Shown here: one piece after another, positions 51,800 through 61,908 of the stretch
How the letters are laid out: the number at the start of each line of letters is the position of its first letter
Position numbering within the stretch: the first letter of the stretch is position 1
Assembly: GCA_963745075.1 (NCBI GenBank)
Contig: CAVUWV010000021.1
Coordinates: 1 to 64,000, forward strand
DNA from: Candidatus Hydrogenedentota bacterium
Lineage (GTDB): Bacteria; Hydrogenedentota; Hydrogenedentia; Hydrogenedentales; SLHB01
Reading direction: 5' to 3'
Length of the DNA stretch: 64,000 bases
Notes under the pieces: generated by a model
What the model was told of the DNA's origin: nothing
The model's input: the letters and a program-made list of their open reading frames with translations, nothing else
The model's database searches: none
Made by a program: the position numbers and the translations under genes

Positions 51800-51860
51800 A
51801 TTTCGATCCACGCAACTTCCGGCTGTGGTATGCTGGAAGACTGGAGGGAACCTGTAATCC

Positions 51861-52970
51861 ATGAAACTTCGTTTGCCGTTTATCCTCGCGCTGATCGCGC
51901 CGCTGCTGCTCGGGGCGGGAGCGTACACGCGAACCCTGCGCCCCGCAGGCGCCGGGCTGCTCTATCCAACGGACCCGAACACCCTTCGCACGGCGATCGA
52001 GCAGTATCTTGCGGAGGCCGATCCGATTGCCCTGCCCGGGCCGGTGGTAGGATGCGTCGTCCCCCATTCCAGCCTGAAAATGTGCGGCCCGATATTGGCC
52101 AGCACACTCAAACCGATTCAGCGTGGCGAGTACGATCGGGTGATTGTGTTGTCGCCAGCCCTCTTCTCGGAATTTCGCGGCTGTTCGGTTCCGGCCGTCC
52201 AGTACTATCAGACGCCGCTTGGCGACATCGAACTGGACGGTCCGGCGATCCGGCGAATCACGCTGAATTCCCTCATCGACACCCGGGCAGTCATCTACCG
52301 CCCCGGGGCCTACACCGATCCCGAGGTCAATCGCCGGCCGCTTCACGAACGTGAGTTTGCGGCGGAGCCCGCGTTGCTGTTTCTGCAGGTCCTACTCGGC
52401 AATTTCAAATTGCTGCCCATTGTGGTGGGGAACTTGGATCGCAACCTGCACGAGCTTTCGAATGACGACCGTTCCAAGCTCGATGAGGAAGCGATCGAGA
52501 ACGTTGCCCGCACGATCGATTCGGTTATGGACGACCGCACCCTCCTCGTGGTGTGCTCGGAGTTCACGCGTTTCGGCGCGGTGAACGATTTTACGCCCTT
52601 CACCCAGAACGTCCTGCAAGGGATCGCGGAACTGGACATGCAGGCGTTCAAGCTTGTCGAGGCGAAACAATTCAATGGATTCGAAGACTACTTAGCGGAA
52701 ACCGGGAATCCCATCACCGGCAAGTTTCCGATTCTGATCGGGATGCATCTCCTCCCGCGGACATCGCATGGTGTTCTGATGGGGTATACCCTATCCGCGA
52801 AAGTCACCGGCGATCTGAGTGCGTCGGTAAGCTATGGTGGCATCGCATTTTTCGATGCGACGCGCGCGCTCCACGAGGTCGCCGGTGCGGCCCTGACTCC
52901 GCCTGCGCCGGCGCTTCCGCCGAGTCCGGACCAAACGAAGGGCCAAGGTACGGATGCTGGAACACAGTGA
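51861..52970 (+). CDS. AmmeMemoRadiSam protein B (Memo-like), divergent, with signal peptide
   Basis: 'RPAGAGLLYP', 'VVPH', 'YQTPLGDI', 'LLPIVVG', 'SVSYGG'; overlaps protein A. Confidence 0.8.
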   Translation: MKLRLPFILALIAPLLLGAGAYTRTLRPAGAGLLYPTDPNTLRTAIEQYLAEADPIALPGPVVGCVVPHSSLKMCGPILASTLKPIQRGEYDRVIVLSPALFSEFRGCSVPAVQYYQTPLGDIELDGPAIRRITLNSLIDTRAVIYRPGAYTDPEVNRRPLHEREFAAEPALLFLQVLLGNFKLLPIVVGNLDRNLHELSNDDRSKLDEEAIENVARTIDSVMDDRTLLVVCSEFTRFGAVNDFTPFTQNVLQGIAELDMQAFKLVEAKQFNGFEDYLAETGNPITGKFPILIGMHLLPRTSHGVLMGYTLSAKVTGDLSASVSYGGIAFFDATRALHEVAGAALTPPAPALPPSPDQTKGQGTDAGTQ

Positions 52971-53556
52971 GCATTTCCTGACTCACGAGGAGGAGCAGCT
53001 TCTGCTCCTGATTGCGCGAGACACCATCGAACACTGGGTGCTCGAAGGTATCCAGACGGATCCGGAGCGCTATCCCCTGACCGACGCGCTGAAAGAAAAA
53101 CACGGGGCATTCGTGACGCTGCGCCTTCACGGGCAACTGCGCGGCTGCATCGGCCACACGGCCAACCGGGAACCACTCGCGTTCAGCGTTCGCGATAACG
53201 CCATCAACTCGGCCACCCGCGATCCACGATTCCCTCCGGTCGCCGCGGTAGAGGCTCCCGAAATCCGAATCGAAATCTCTGCACTGACGCCCGGGGACTC
53301 GCCTGAAACACCCTTCAAGCGAATTGAGAGCCTGGATGAGATAGTGATCGGACGCGACGGGCTATACATCGAACGCCTGGATCAGCGTGGCGGACTTCTC
53401 CTGCCGCAGGTCGCGACTGAAAACCGATGGGACGTGAATCGGTTTCTCTCGGCGGTGTGTATGAAGGCGGGGTACCCGGATGGAGCGTGGAAGGAACCGG
53501 GCACGCGGCTCTATCGATTCTCCGCCCAAGTATTCTCCGAGCATCCGGGCGCATAG
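52954..53556 (+). CDS. AmmeMemoRadiSam protein A (AMMECR1 domain)
   Basis: 'GAFVTL..LRGCIG', 'DPRFPPV', 'GRDGL', 'LLPQVA', 'KAG'. Confidence 0.93.
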   Translation: MLEHSEHFLTHEEEQLLLLIARDTIEHWVLEGIQTDPERYPLTDALKEKHGAFVTLRLHGQLRGCIGHTANREPLAFSVRDNAINSATRDPRFPPVAAVEAPEIRIEISALTPGDSPETPFKRIESLDEIVIGRDGLYIERLDQRGGLLLPQVATENRWDVNRFLSAVCMKAGYPDGAWKEPGTRLYRFSAQVFSEHPGA

Positions 53557-53668
53557 GCCGCTCGAAATCCCTCCGCGTGAGCCGGCAGATCTTCGCGGAA
53601 ACATTACTCACGGCACCCGGAGTTATCGGTCCGCAAGACGGCAGTTTTTGCACTGGGAAATATGTGGA

Positions 53669-54394
53669 CTAACCAAGTGCGCCGTCTTCGAGACTCGCTC
53701 GGATGAGCGCCACGATTCTCTCCGAAGCTCGACCGGCCGCAGCAATCACGTCCGCATGGGTCAGCGTCCGTTCGTGGCAACAGTTGTTCGTGATGCACGA
53801 CAAGACCGCGGATCGCACACCCAACCGGCGGCATCGCTGCACTTCGGGCGCCGTGCTCATGCCCACAACGGATGCGCCCCATCGCTGGAGCAAGCGAATC
53901 TCGGCGGGGGTTTCGTACGAAGGCCCATGCATCCAGACGTAGGTGCCGACGGCGTCGGACCCGCTCAAAACCACGTCCGGCACAATCGAGTCCACCCGTT
54001 CGCGCCATCCCTGGAACGGCCACGTCAGCAGGCGATCGACGGCGATGATATCCCCGACTTCCAAGGACGGAAGCAAACCGCCGCCAACATTTGTAAACAC
54101 AAATGTGCGAACGCCCCAGCCGTACATGATTTCCACGGGTCGCGTGATTGCCGCGTAGTCGAACCCTTCGTAAAAGTGCAGACGGCCGGACTGGAGAATC
54201 ACAGCGGTTGCTCCGCAACGGCCGAAGGCAAAGGTCCGGGGGTGACCTTCCAAATTGGACGTGGGCAGGCCGTCGATCTCGGAAAACGACACCACCCGGT
54301 CGACGTCATCCAGCAGCGGCAGCAGGTCCAACCCCGACCCCGAAACAATCCCGACCGGGGTTCGAACGTTCGTATCCGAATGCGGGCTATTCAT
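53669..54394 (-). CDS. Purine-nucleoside phosphorylase (trimeric type)
   Basis: 'GSGL', 'GRLHFYEG', 'GPSYETPAE', 'VVGMST', 'ITN'. Confidence 0.88.
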   Translation of the reverse strand: MNSPHSDTNVRTPVGIVSGSGLDLLPLLDDVDRVVSFSEIDGLPTSNLEGHPRTFAFGRCGATAVILQSGRLHFYEGFDYAAITRPVEIMYGWGVRTFVFTNVGGGLLPSLEVGDIIAVDRLLTWPFQGWRERVDSIVPDVVLSGSDAVGTYVWMHGPSYETPAEIRLLQRWGASVVGMSTAPEVQRCRRLGVRSAVLSCITNNCCHERTLTHADVIAAAGRASERIVALIRASLEDGALG

Positions 54395-54478
54395 GGCGCG
54401 GCTCGTTTGCGTGCGGCAATACCCTACTCTCCCATCATCCGTCGCCGGTCGCTCCGCGAGCGTCGCACCCCGGTTACG

Positions 54479-55537
54479 CTATGCAGGCCAGGAAGACGGA
54501 AAGAACATGCTGCTGTACAACTGCAACGCGTAGGGGTCCGTCATACCGGCGATGAAATCGGTCGTGCGGCGTTCAATCGAGTCGTTCGGATTCCCCGCGC
54601 AGCTTTCCTTGGTGGGATGCTCCAGCAACCGGTAGTAGAGTTCCCGAAGCAGCTTCTTGGCCTTATCGATTTCCATACTGATGGCTTCGCACGGGTACAG
54701 ATTCGTGTACAGGTAATAGCGCAAGTCGGCGGTCGCCTGCCGCACGTCCTCCGTCATGCCGATGCGGCCGTCACGGCATCCTTCGATCAGGGCGATCGCC
54801 ATCCGATTGATTCGCTCGGACGACGTCCGCCCCAGGGAGGCGACCGCGTCTCGGGGAAGATCGTCGATCGTAATGAGACCGCTGCGGATCGCATCATCGA
54901 TATCGTGATTGATATACGCGACCGCATCGCAAATGCTGACGACGTTCGCTTCGAGCGTTGCCGCCCCGGAGCTGTCCCGCCCCGTAAGAATCCCTTTGCT
55001 ACGCGAGTGGTTCAGAATTCCGTCCCGAACCTCAAACGTTAGATTGAGACCCGGCCCGTGGCGTGTCGACTCCAGCAGGTCCACTACGCGGAGACTCTGT
55101 TCGAAGTGGCGGAAACCCGGCTCGTAGACTTCGTTCAGCACGGCTTCCCCTGCGTGACCGAAGGGCGTGTGCCCGAGATCGTGGCCCAACGCGACCGCCT
55201 CGGTCAGATCTTCGTTGAGGCTGAGCGCGCGCGCGACCGTTCGCGCGATTTGCGACACTTCGAGGGTGTGCGTCATGCGGGTTCGGTAATGATCTCCTTT
55301 GGGGGCGAGAAAGACCTGCGTCTTCTGCTTCAATCTGCGGAAGGCCTTCGAGTGGAGAATGCGATCCCGGTCGCGTTGGAAAGCGGTTCGATAGTCGTGC
55401 TCTTTTTCCGACCGCAGGCGGCCTTTCGAATCCGCGACGAGGGTGGCATGCGCGCTGAGACTCTGCCGTTCGCGATCCTCGATTTGTTCGCGAACGTTAC
55501 GTGGTCCGGGGAATTGTTCGGAGTTGGGAATGGACAC
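54479..55537 (-). CDS. dgt: dGTP triphosphohydrolase-like HD protein
   Basis: 'FQRDRDRILHSKAFRRLKQKTQV', 'RTRMTHTLEV', 'HDLGHTPFGHAGE', 'DFIAGMTD'. Confidence 0.93.
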   Translation of the reverse strand: MSIPNSEQFPGPRNVREQIEDRERQSLSAHATLVADSKGRLRSEKEHDYRTAFQRDRDRILHSKAFRRLKQKTQVFLAPKGDHYRTRMTHTLEVSQIARTVARALSLNEDLTEAVALGHDLGHTPFGHAGEAVLNEVYEPGFRHFEQSLRVVDLLESTRHGPGLNLTFEVRDGILNHSRSKGILTGRDSSGAATLEANVVSICDAVAYINHDIDDAIRSGLITIDDLPRDAVASLGRTSSERINRMAIALIEGCRDGRIGMTEDVRQATADLRYYLYTNLYPCEAISMEIDKAKKLLRELYYRLLEHPTKESCAGNPNDSIERRTTDFIAGMTDPYALQLYSSMFFPSSWPA

Positions 55538-55540
55538 CGG

Positions 55541-56269
55541 TCACTTGCCTTTGGCGAGCCGTTTCGCCAGTTCCACCGGAAGACCCGCGTCGATAATCTT
55601 GCGCTGACAGCTTTCAATATCGTACTCGACGCGGCAAAACTCGAATGTCATTTTCTCGGCGTCGAATACACCATATGCCGCGCGGGGATCGCGATCCCGG
55701 GGCTGACCGACCGCTCCGGGATTGATGAAATACCGGTTCGACGGATGCAACTGACGGGCATTGTTGCCGTTGGACGTGGTGTTGCCCTTTTCGCTGAAGA
55801 ACGAAGGGCGGTGGCTGTGCCCGAAAAAGCAGGTGGTCACGTCCCGTCCGTTGAGGAATTCCAACTGCCGCATCGCGTCGAGCCAATCGATGATATAGTC
55901 GTCGCGGCTGCTGGGGGAACCATGGACGCCAAGGCAGGTGCCCCGGAATGTGATCTGTTCCGGCAGGGACGCAAGCCAGCGGCGATTGTCATCGCGCACT
56001 TGCTCGTATTGCCACTCGATGACTTTCTTAGCGGCGGCACGAAAAAACCACGGGTCCTCGAGACCGCACACGGCGGCATCATGATTGCCCATGATCGTCG
56101 GGATCTGCCGTTCGCGGACGATGTCGACGACTTCGTTGGGATTGGCGTTGTACCCGGTGAGGTCACCCAGGCAAACGATCTTGTCCGGTTTTCGCTGGTC
56201 TATGTCGTCAAACACCGCTCTGGTCGCTTCCAGATTGGCATGTAGATCGGCGATTATTGCAATCTGCAT
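55541..56269 (-). CDS. Metallophosphoesterase
   Basis: 'DLHAN', 'LGDL', 'GNHD', 'HGSP', 'GHSH', 'NPGAVGQPRD'. Confidence 0.92.
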   Translation of the reverse strand: MQIAIIADLHANLEATRAVFDDIDQRKPDKIVCLGDLTGYNANPNEVVDIVRERQIPTIMGNHDAAVCGLEDPWFFRAAAKKVIEWQYEQVRDDNRRWLASLPEQITFRGTCLGVHGSPSSRDDYIIDWLDAMRQLEFLNGRDVTTCFFGHSHRPSFFSEKGNTTSNGNNARQLHPSNRYFINPGAVGQPRDRDPRAAYGVFDAEKMTFEFCRVEYDIESCQRKIIDAGLPVELAKRLAKGK

Positions 56270-56526
56270 CTCTTTTTTCCCTGGCGGCACCTCCCGGCAC
56301 GCGTGGGCTCTCCCGATTGAGCCACGCAGGGCGTGGGAACACCGTACTGCTGAGTTCCTGCCGCAACTAGGGTTACGTGATTTAAGGACACCCGGCGCAT
56401 CGTATCAGTAAGTTTGTCCACTCGACCGGCTGAGACCCCGCGCTCCGTATGCAAAAAAAGCGAAGCATTCCCACTGCGCCCTGCTTTTGCCGTCGACGAT
56501 TGCGCTTTTTTCGGCGTCCGATCGGC

Positions 56527-57540
56527 TCAGAAATCCTGTTCTTGGACTCTGGGCCTCTCTTGCCGCCCCGACCGGTCGATGATCTTCCGTAACTGCAGCA
56601 CCTTCTTCCGAGCGTGGCTATTGCGCGGATCCACTTTGAGCACTTTTTCCATGACGTCCAACGCCTCGGGATACTCGCGACGCTTGATGTGCTGAACGCC
56701 AATATTGAATTGCGCCGCCAGCATCTTCTTGCGAAGACGACCGGAATGCGGGAACCGTTTCGCCGCTACGCGATACTGTTCGAGGGCCCCCGTATAATTG
56801 CGCGTCTCAAAGTAAAAGTCGCCCATGGTTTCTTCCTGACTCAAATCGTCGGCGACTTCTTGCGCTTTCTTTGCCTCTTTTTCCTCCCTGCGCTTGGCTT
56901 CGTATTCTTCCGGCGTGTACACGTGGTTCAGTGCCGAAGCCTCGACCAGGATGCTGATGTTATTGGTGTTTTCTTCTTTCGGTATCAGATGGAATCGCGG
57001 ATCGTCCGGGTTGTACGGGTGCAACGTGGAACCGCGCAACACTTCGCCGTCGATGAATTCGACAACGACTTCATTGCCTTCGGCCATCCACTCGCGGTAC
57101 CGAGTGGAGCGATCGAACTTTCCGTCAAAACTTTTTACGTAGAAGACCGCTTTGATATCCGCATAGCGGATTTGCGTCGTCTGCCCCGAAGAAACGCCAG
57201 TCTCATCCGTTTCATCAAGATGAAAGGCCGGTTCCTTGGGATTCAGGGCAAAACATACGCCTCGCGCGGTTCGCCCATCTTTGAATCGAACGACCAGCCG
57301 CTGGCGCGTATGGCGCTTCTTGTGATGCTCGCCTTTGCGTTGCAGACGGACTTCGCGCTCTTTGCGTTGTTCTTGACGCTTGACCCACCACTCGTCACCA
57401 ATGGCGGCGGGTCTCACCTCGGTGAGATAAAGGCCTTTTCGGCCCACCTCGTTGATGGCATCCGCTTCGCTATCGGCGTCGAGAACGCCGAACGTTTCTT
57501 TGCCGCTCTCGTCGATCGCCTTGTACGCGTATTTACCCAC
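56527..57540 (-). CDS. Modular protein: PilC/GspF-like N-terminal motif + duplicated beta domain + TPR
   Basis: 'YAYKAIDESGKETFGVLDADSEADAINEV..GLY'; repeats 'LVVRFKDG' and 'VVVEFIDG'; C-terminal TPR helices. Confidence 0.65.
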   Translation of the reverse strand: MGKYAYKAIDESGKETFGVLDADSEADAINEVGRKGLYLTEVRPAAIGDEWWVKRQEQRKEREVRLQRKGEHHKKRHTRQRLVVRFKDGRTARGVCFALNPKEPAFHLDETDETGVSSGQTTQIRYADIKAVFYVKSFDGKFDRSTRYREWMAEGNEVVVEFIDGEVLRGSTLHPYNPDDPRFHLIPKEENTNNISILVEASALNHVYTPEEYEAKRREEKEAKKAQEVADDLSQEETMGDFYFETRNYTGALEQYRVAAKRFPHSGRLRKKMLAAQFNIGVQHIKRREYPEALDVMEKVLKVDPRNSHARKKVLQLRKIIDRSGRQERPRVQEQDF

Positions 57541-57874
57541 GGCACGCTCCCCTCGCAGACATTTCGACTCCGTTACGGACTCAAGACGCTACGCGCTGGA
57601 AAGCATCATTGGCTACCGTCTTGTCCGTCTCGCCATCGCACATCGGCCCATCTGCTCCGGGCGCGACGACGGACATCCACTCAACGGTACCATGCCTTTC
57701 GCATCGCGTCAAAACTCGTTTTGTGTCTAAGTCATTGAAAACGATACCGTTTCAGCGACCTTGACGGTCTGTACGTCGAAATGCCATCAAGTTTTGAAGA
57801 ACGCGATTCGTACAACAACCTCCAATTACATCGTAACCGTTTGCATTCTAAGAGATTACTCTTTGGAATACAAG

Positions 57875-59227
57875 TCAAATACACCCCGCCGCCCCTCCGG
57901 CCACCGCCACAAACTGGGCTGGGAAGGTGTCGGTTTGTGCGTGTTTCACACCCGCGATCCGCGCATAGTACTCGCGATTCATACGATCCATGAACTCCGA
58001 AACCGCCGCGGCCGGCACCAGATGGATCGTACAACCCCCAAATCCCGCGCCCGTAAGTCGCGAACCGATACTCCCGCCGTCCCGGGCCAGTGCAACCATT
58101 CGATCCAGTTCGGGACAACTCACGAGATAGTCGTGCGCGCAACTTTCGTGCGACGCGTCCATCAATGCGCCGAAAGATGCCGCATCCCCCGCAGTGAGCG
58201 CGTCCCGTCCCGCCTCGACGCGCTGATATTCGGTGCGCTGATGCCGCGCGCGCGCCTGCAATGGGAATCCCCCGTCAGGCTCCGGCAGATCGCCCAGCCA
58301 TTGGGATCGGATTTGCGCCTCCGACAAGCCAAGGAAACGGCCTGCCTCGGCAAGGGTCGTTCGCGGGCGGGGAAATGTCTCGTCCAGCAAGTCCTCGACT
58401 TCACGGTCCAAAAGGCATAATGGACCGAACCACAGATCGCCCAGACAGGCGATCCTCACGTCTTGTCCAAACGTCCGCTGGGCCTGCCGTTCGACCATGG
58501 CGCGAATAAGCCGGCAAGTCAGCGGGCCCTCGTTGTAGCGTTGGCGAGCGGCGCCGGTCTTCTGGGCCTCCACCAATGAATTGCAGATAACGAATGTGTG
58601 ATCGTCGAAGAGGGAAACTTCTTCAACGCGCAACGGATTGAAATCGATCTTGCAGGCGTGATTCTCCCCACCGAGGAGAATGATGGCCTGGTCCATACCG
58701 CCGCCCTGGGTCCCGGCATAGCGTTCGGCCTGTGCCAGAATCTCGGCCAACTGAAGCCGCGTCAGATCGGCTTCCGTCGAAGTGCCCAAAGCGGAAAGAT
58801 ACGTGAGAGCCGTAGCCACCACCAGCGCCGACGACGACGAAAGCCCCGCGGCCGTCGGGATATCTCCCCATACGAGGAGGTCCATCCCCAACGCCCCGTC
58901 GAGTTCCAGCGCATCGTTCACCCCGCACACCGCCGCTTTACAGTAGTTCTCCCAGCTTCCCTCCTTGGAAGGAACGATCGCGGGTCCGTTCGCGAATTCG
59001 GCCGAAAGATAGCGCTGGTCGAGACTCTCGAGGCGTATGGCGTTGTCTTCCCTAGCCGCGGACGCGATATAGACCGCCTGACTCAGCGTCATGGGGAGAA
59101 CGGAGAGTCCGTTGTAATCGACGTGCTCGCCGAGAAGGTTTACGCGGCCCGGCGCACGGCAAACGCGCGGCTCCCGGGCTCCCGGAAACCGGGCGCGAAA
59201 CGCAGACTTCAGATCCTCGACCTGCAT
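57875..59227 (-). CDS. galK: Galactokinase
   Basis: 'APGRVNLLGEHVDYNG', 'IPTAAGLSSSSA', 'GGMDQ', 'SRLTGAGFGGC'. Confidence 0.92.
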   Translation of the reverse strand: MQVEDLKSAFRARFPGAREPRVCRAPGRVNLLGEHVDYNGLSVLPMTLSQAVYIASAAREDNAIRLESLDQRYLSAEFANGPAIVPSKEGSWENYCKAAVCGVNDALELDGALGMDLLVWGDIPTAAGLSSSSALVVATALTYLSALGTSTEADLTRLQLAEILAQAERYAGTQGGGMDQAIILLGGENHACKIDFNPLRVEEVSLFDDHTFVICNSLVEAQKTGAARQRYNEGPLTCRLIRAMVERQAQRTFGQDVRIACLGDLWFGPLCLLDREVEDLLDETFPRPRTTLAEAGRFLGLSEAQIRSQWLGDLPEPDGGFPLQARARHQRTEYQRVEAGRDALTAGDAASFGALMDASHESCAHDYLVSCPELDRMVALARDGGSIGSRLTGAGFGGCTIHLVPAAAVSEFMDRMNREYYARIAGVKHAQTDTFPAQFVAVAGGAAGCI

Positions 59228-59378
59228 GGTTGCGGGAATGACACCTTTGGTTGCTCTGGAGGTGCCGGGGATTGTAGCGGGCGGAAACGGCCTTTTCAAA
59301 GACTCCGGGAACCTCTTCCTGCGGCGCCGTGTTTAAGGGGACACGAAGCGCAGAGGCTGCGGCCAAGGAGAACCTTGA

Positions 59379-60206
59379 ATGAGAACCATGGGAATCTTTC
59401 TCGTTGCGTGTGCGATCGCGGCGCTGACGGCCGCGAACGGCGCAGAGCCCAAGAAAGAGGCTCGCGTACACGACCACGCCTCGCAGAGCGGCGATTTATT
59501 CAAGAAGGCGGACACCAACGGCGATGGCGCAGTGACGCTGGAGGAGATCCAGGATGTGGCGCCCACGTTTCCAGCCGAACGATTCCAGGCGATCGACCAT
59601 AACCGTGACGGACGGATCGACGCGAAGGAACTCCAACGCATGAAGCGCGCAACGCAGGCCAAGGCGGGAGACCTTTTCAAACGAGCGGACGCTAACGAGG
59701 ATGGTCATGTCACGTTGGACGAGTTCAGGGCCGTGGCGCCCAAGATGGACGAAAGCCGCTTCGCGCAACTCGACCGGAACGGCGACGGTGGGATCACCTT
59801 GAACGAGCTGATACGCCAACACCCGCCGCAATCCGCTTCCGATCCCGGAAAACGGTTTCGCAAGGCCGATAAAAACGGCGACGGCAAGGTTTCGTACGAC
59901 GAGTTGACGACTCAGATGCCCGACCTGACGCAAGAGCGGTTCGCGCATATGGATCGCAATAACGACGGCGTGTTATCCCCGGAAGACCGCAAGGAATCGA
60001 CGCCACGAAAACGTACCGGCAACGATTCCCACGTGTCCCGCGCGGCTGCAGCGCGCAAGCTCATGGAAACGGACGCCGACAAAGACGGTTCCGTGACCTT
60101 CAAGGAAGTGACTGCAGCAAAACCGGGATTCCCTCGCAAGGCATTCGATCGGTATGACACCAACGGCGATGGGATCTTGTCCGCTGCGGACTACGCCGGC
60201 ACGTAG
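59379..60206 (+). CDS. Secreted protein with eight EF-hand motifs
   Basis: Signal peptide; DxNxDG loops DTNGDG, DHNRDG, DANEDG, DRNGDG, DKNGDG, DRNNDG, DADKDG, DTNGDG. Confidence 0.9.
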   Translation: MRTMGIFLVACAIAALTAANGAEPKKEARVHDHASQSGDLFKKADTNGDGAVTLEEIQDVAPTFPAERFQAIDHNRDGRIDAKELQRMKRATQAKAGDLFKRADANEDGHVTLDEFRAVAPKMDESRFAQLDRNGDGGITLNELIRQHPPQSASDPGKRFRKADKNGDGKVSYDELTTQMPDLTQERFAHMDRNNDGVLSPEDRKESTPRKRTGNDSHVSRAAAARKLMETDADKDGSVTFKEVTAAKPGFPRKAFDRYDTNGDGILSAADYAGT

Positions 60207-60236
60207 CGGATCGACCACATCGTTGTGTGACGTGCG

Positions 60237-61829
60237 TTACCCGCTGCGGCGGCCGGAGCGCAACAGCAGTCTGCCGAAACTCTTCACTTCGGGAATTCCA
60301 AAGTACCACGAAATCGCGAAGTAAACCGCAACCGCAGCCAAGACTGGAATGCAAACGCTCGTCATGCGACTCGCAAACGTATCGGCGGCGAATAATGCGT
60401 GGGTACGGATGTACGCCGCATAGGCGACGGCGGCCATCACCACCGCCGCCACGGTCATTCGAAGGATTGCGGCGGAAAAGGCGCGATCCCACAACACTCC
60501 GAACCGCTGACCGAGCAGAATGTAGAGCACGACAAAATTCGCGGCGTACGAGATGGACGTTGCGATTGCCAACCCCTTGTACCCATACGGGCCGACAAGC
60601 AGCACGTTCAGTACGATGTTCAAGACCATGCTGCCCGAAGAGACGATAACGGGCGTTTTGGTGTCCTTGAATGCGAAGAACCCGGTGACACAAACCTTGA
60701 CCCACGCGAAGGTCACGAGCCCGGCCGCGTATATGGCCAGTGCCGTCAACGTCCACGCCGTGTCCTGGGGCGTGAATTGCCGGTACTGAAAGAGCAGCCG
60801 CACGATGGGAAACCCCAAGGCGACAAGCCCGAGTGTCGCCGGAGCGATCATGAAATAGGATTGGCGCATCCCCTGCATCAGCAGCGACCGAACGGCGGCA
60901 TAGTCCTCCCGTGCGGCGTGGCGCGACGCTGCGGGCAATACGGCTGCCGCCACGGCGAACCCGAAAATCGAAAGCGGCAATTGGACGAGGCGGTTCGCAT
61001 TGTAAAGCGCCGTCACGCTTCCTTCGGCGCTCTTGTACGCGAAGAGCGTGTCGACCAGTTTGTTGACCTCGCCGGCCGCTTGTCCGAACAAAACGGGAAC
61101 CATCAATCCCAGCATGACGTAAATCTCCCGCCGCCGCAGGTGGAAGCGAGGACGCCATACGCCGGCGTATTTGCCCAACGCGTAGTACTGGACCGCCACC
61201 TGCGCGACGCCGCCAAGCCATACGCCCAATACCAGCGCGTACGCGGGATCGGGAAGGGAGTTCCGAAACAGGAGGACCGACGCGATGATGGCAACGTTGA
61301 GCAGGGCAGGCGCCCAGGACGGTGTCATGTAATGCCGCACGGTAAACAACGCGGCCATGGAAAACACCGCCAAACCAATCCAGAAAAGATACGGAAACGT
61401 CCAGCGCGCAAGAGAAGACACCAAGGCGATCGATGCCGGATCGAGGTGCTCGCCCTTGGTGATGGGTTGCAGCGCGTTAAGACCCTGAAGCAATTGCGGC
61501 ACAAGCAAGACGCCGATGATGCTCAGCGCGGCCAGCAAAAGGATCATCCCCCCCATGGAGTCGGCAACGACTTCCCGGAACGCCTTATCGGACTTCTTTT
61601 CGAGCGTTTCGGAAAAGACGGGAATGAACGCGGCGTTTGACGCGCCCTCTCCCACAAGGTCCCGCAACATGTTCGGAAAACGGAATGCGACGATAAACGC
61701 TTCGCGCGAGCCGACGGGGATGAAGATGTTCATCACCTGGTCCCGGACAAGTCCGAGCACCCGGCTGAACATCGTTCCGCCGGCGAAGATCGCAACAAAC
61801 TTTGAGAGACTATGGTCCGAGTCCGACAC
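60237..61829 (-). CDS. murJ: Lipid II flippase MurJ
   Basis: 'SRVLGLVRD', 'AFRFPNMLR..GEGA..AAFIP', 'ANRLVQLP', 'DTKTPV'. Confidence 0.95.
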   Translation of the reverse strand: MSDSDHSLSKFVAIFAGGTMFSRVLGLVRDQVMNIFIPVGSREAFIVAFRFPNMLRDLVGEGASNAAFIPVFSETLEKKSDKAFREVVADSMGGMILLLAALSIIGVLLVPQLLQGLNALQPITKGEHLDPASIALVSSLARWTFPYLFWIGLAVFSMAALFTVRHYMTPSWAPALLNVAIIASVLLFRNSLPDPAYALVLGVWLGGVAQVAVQYYALGKYAGVWRPRFHLRRREIYVMLGLMVPVLFGQAAGEVNKLVDTLFAYKSAEGSVTALYNANRLVQLPLSIFGFAVAAAVLPAASRHAAREDYAAVRSLLMQGMRQSYFMIAPATLGLVALGFPIVRLLFQYRQFTPQDTAWTLTALAIYAAGLVTFAWVKVCVTGFFAFKDTKTPVIVSSGSMVLNIVLNVLLVGPYGYKGLAIATSISYAANFVVLYILLGQRFGVLWDRAFSAAILRMTVAAVVMAAVAYAAYIRTHALFAADTFASRMTSVCIPVLAAVAVYFAISWYFGIPEVKSFGRLLLRSGRRSG

Positions 61830-61908
61830 TACGTGTTCCTAGTTCGTTTTGGGTGTTCCGACGGAGAGCACCCCACACCAATGCGGTGACGAAGACGTCG
61901 ACCGGTCG

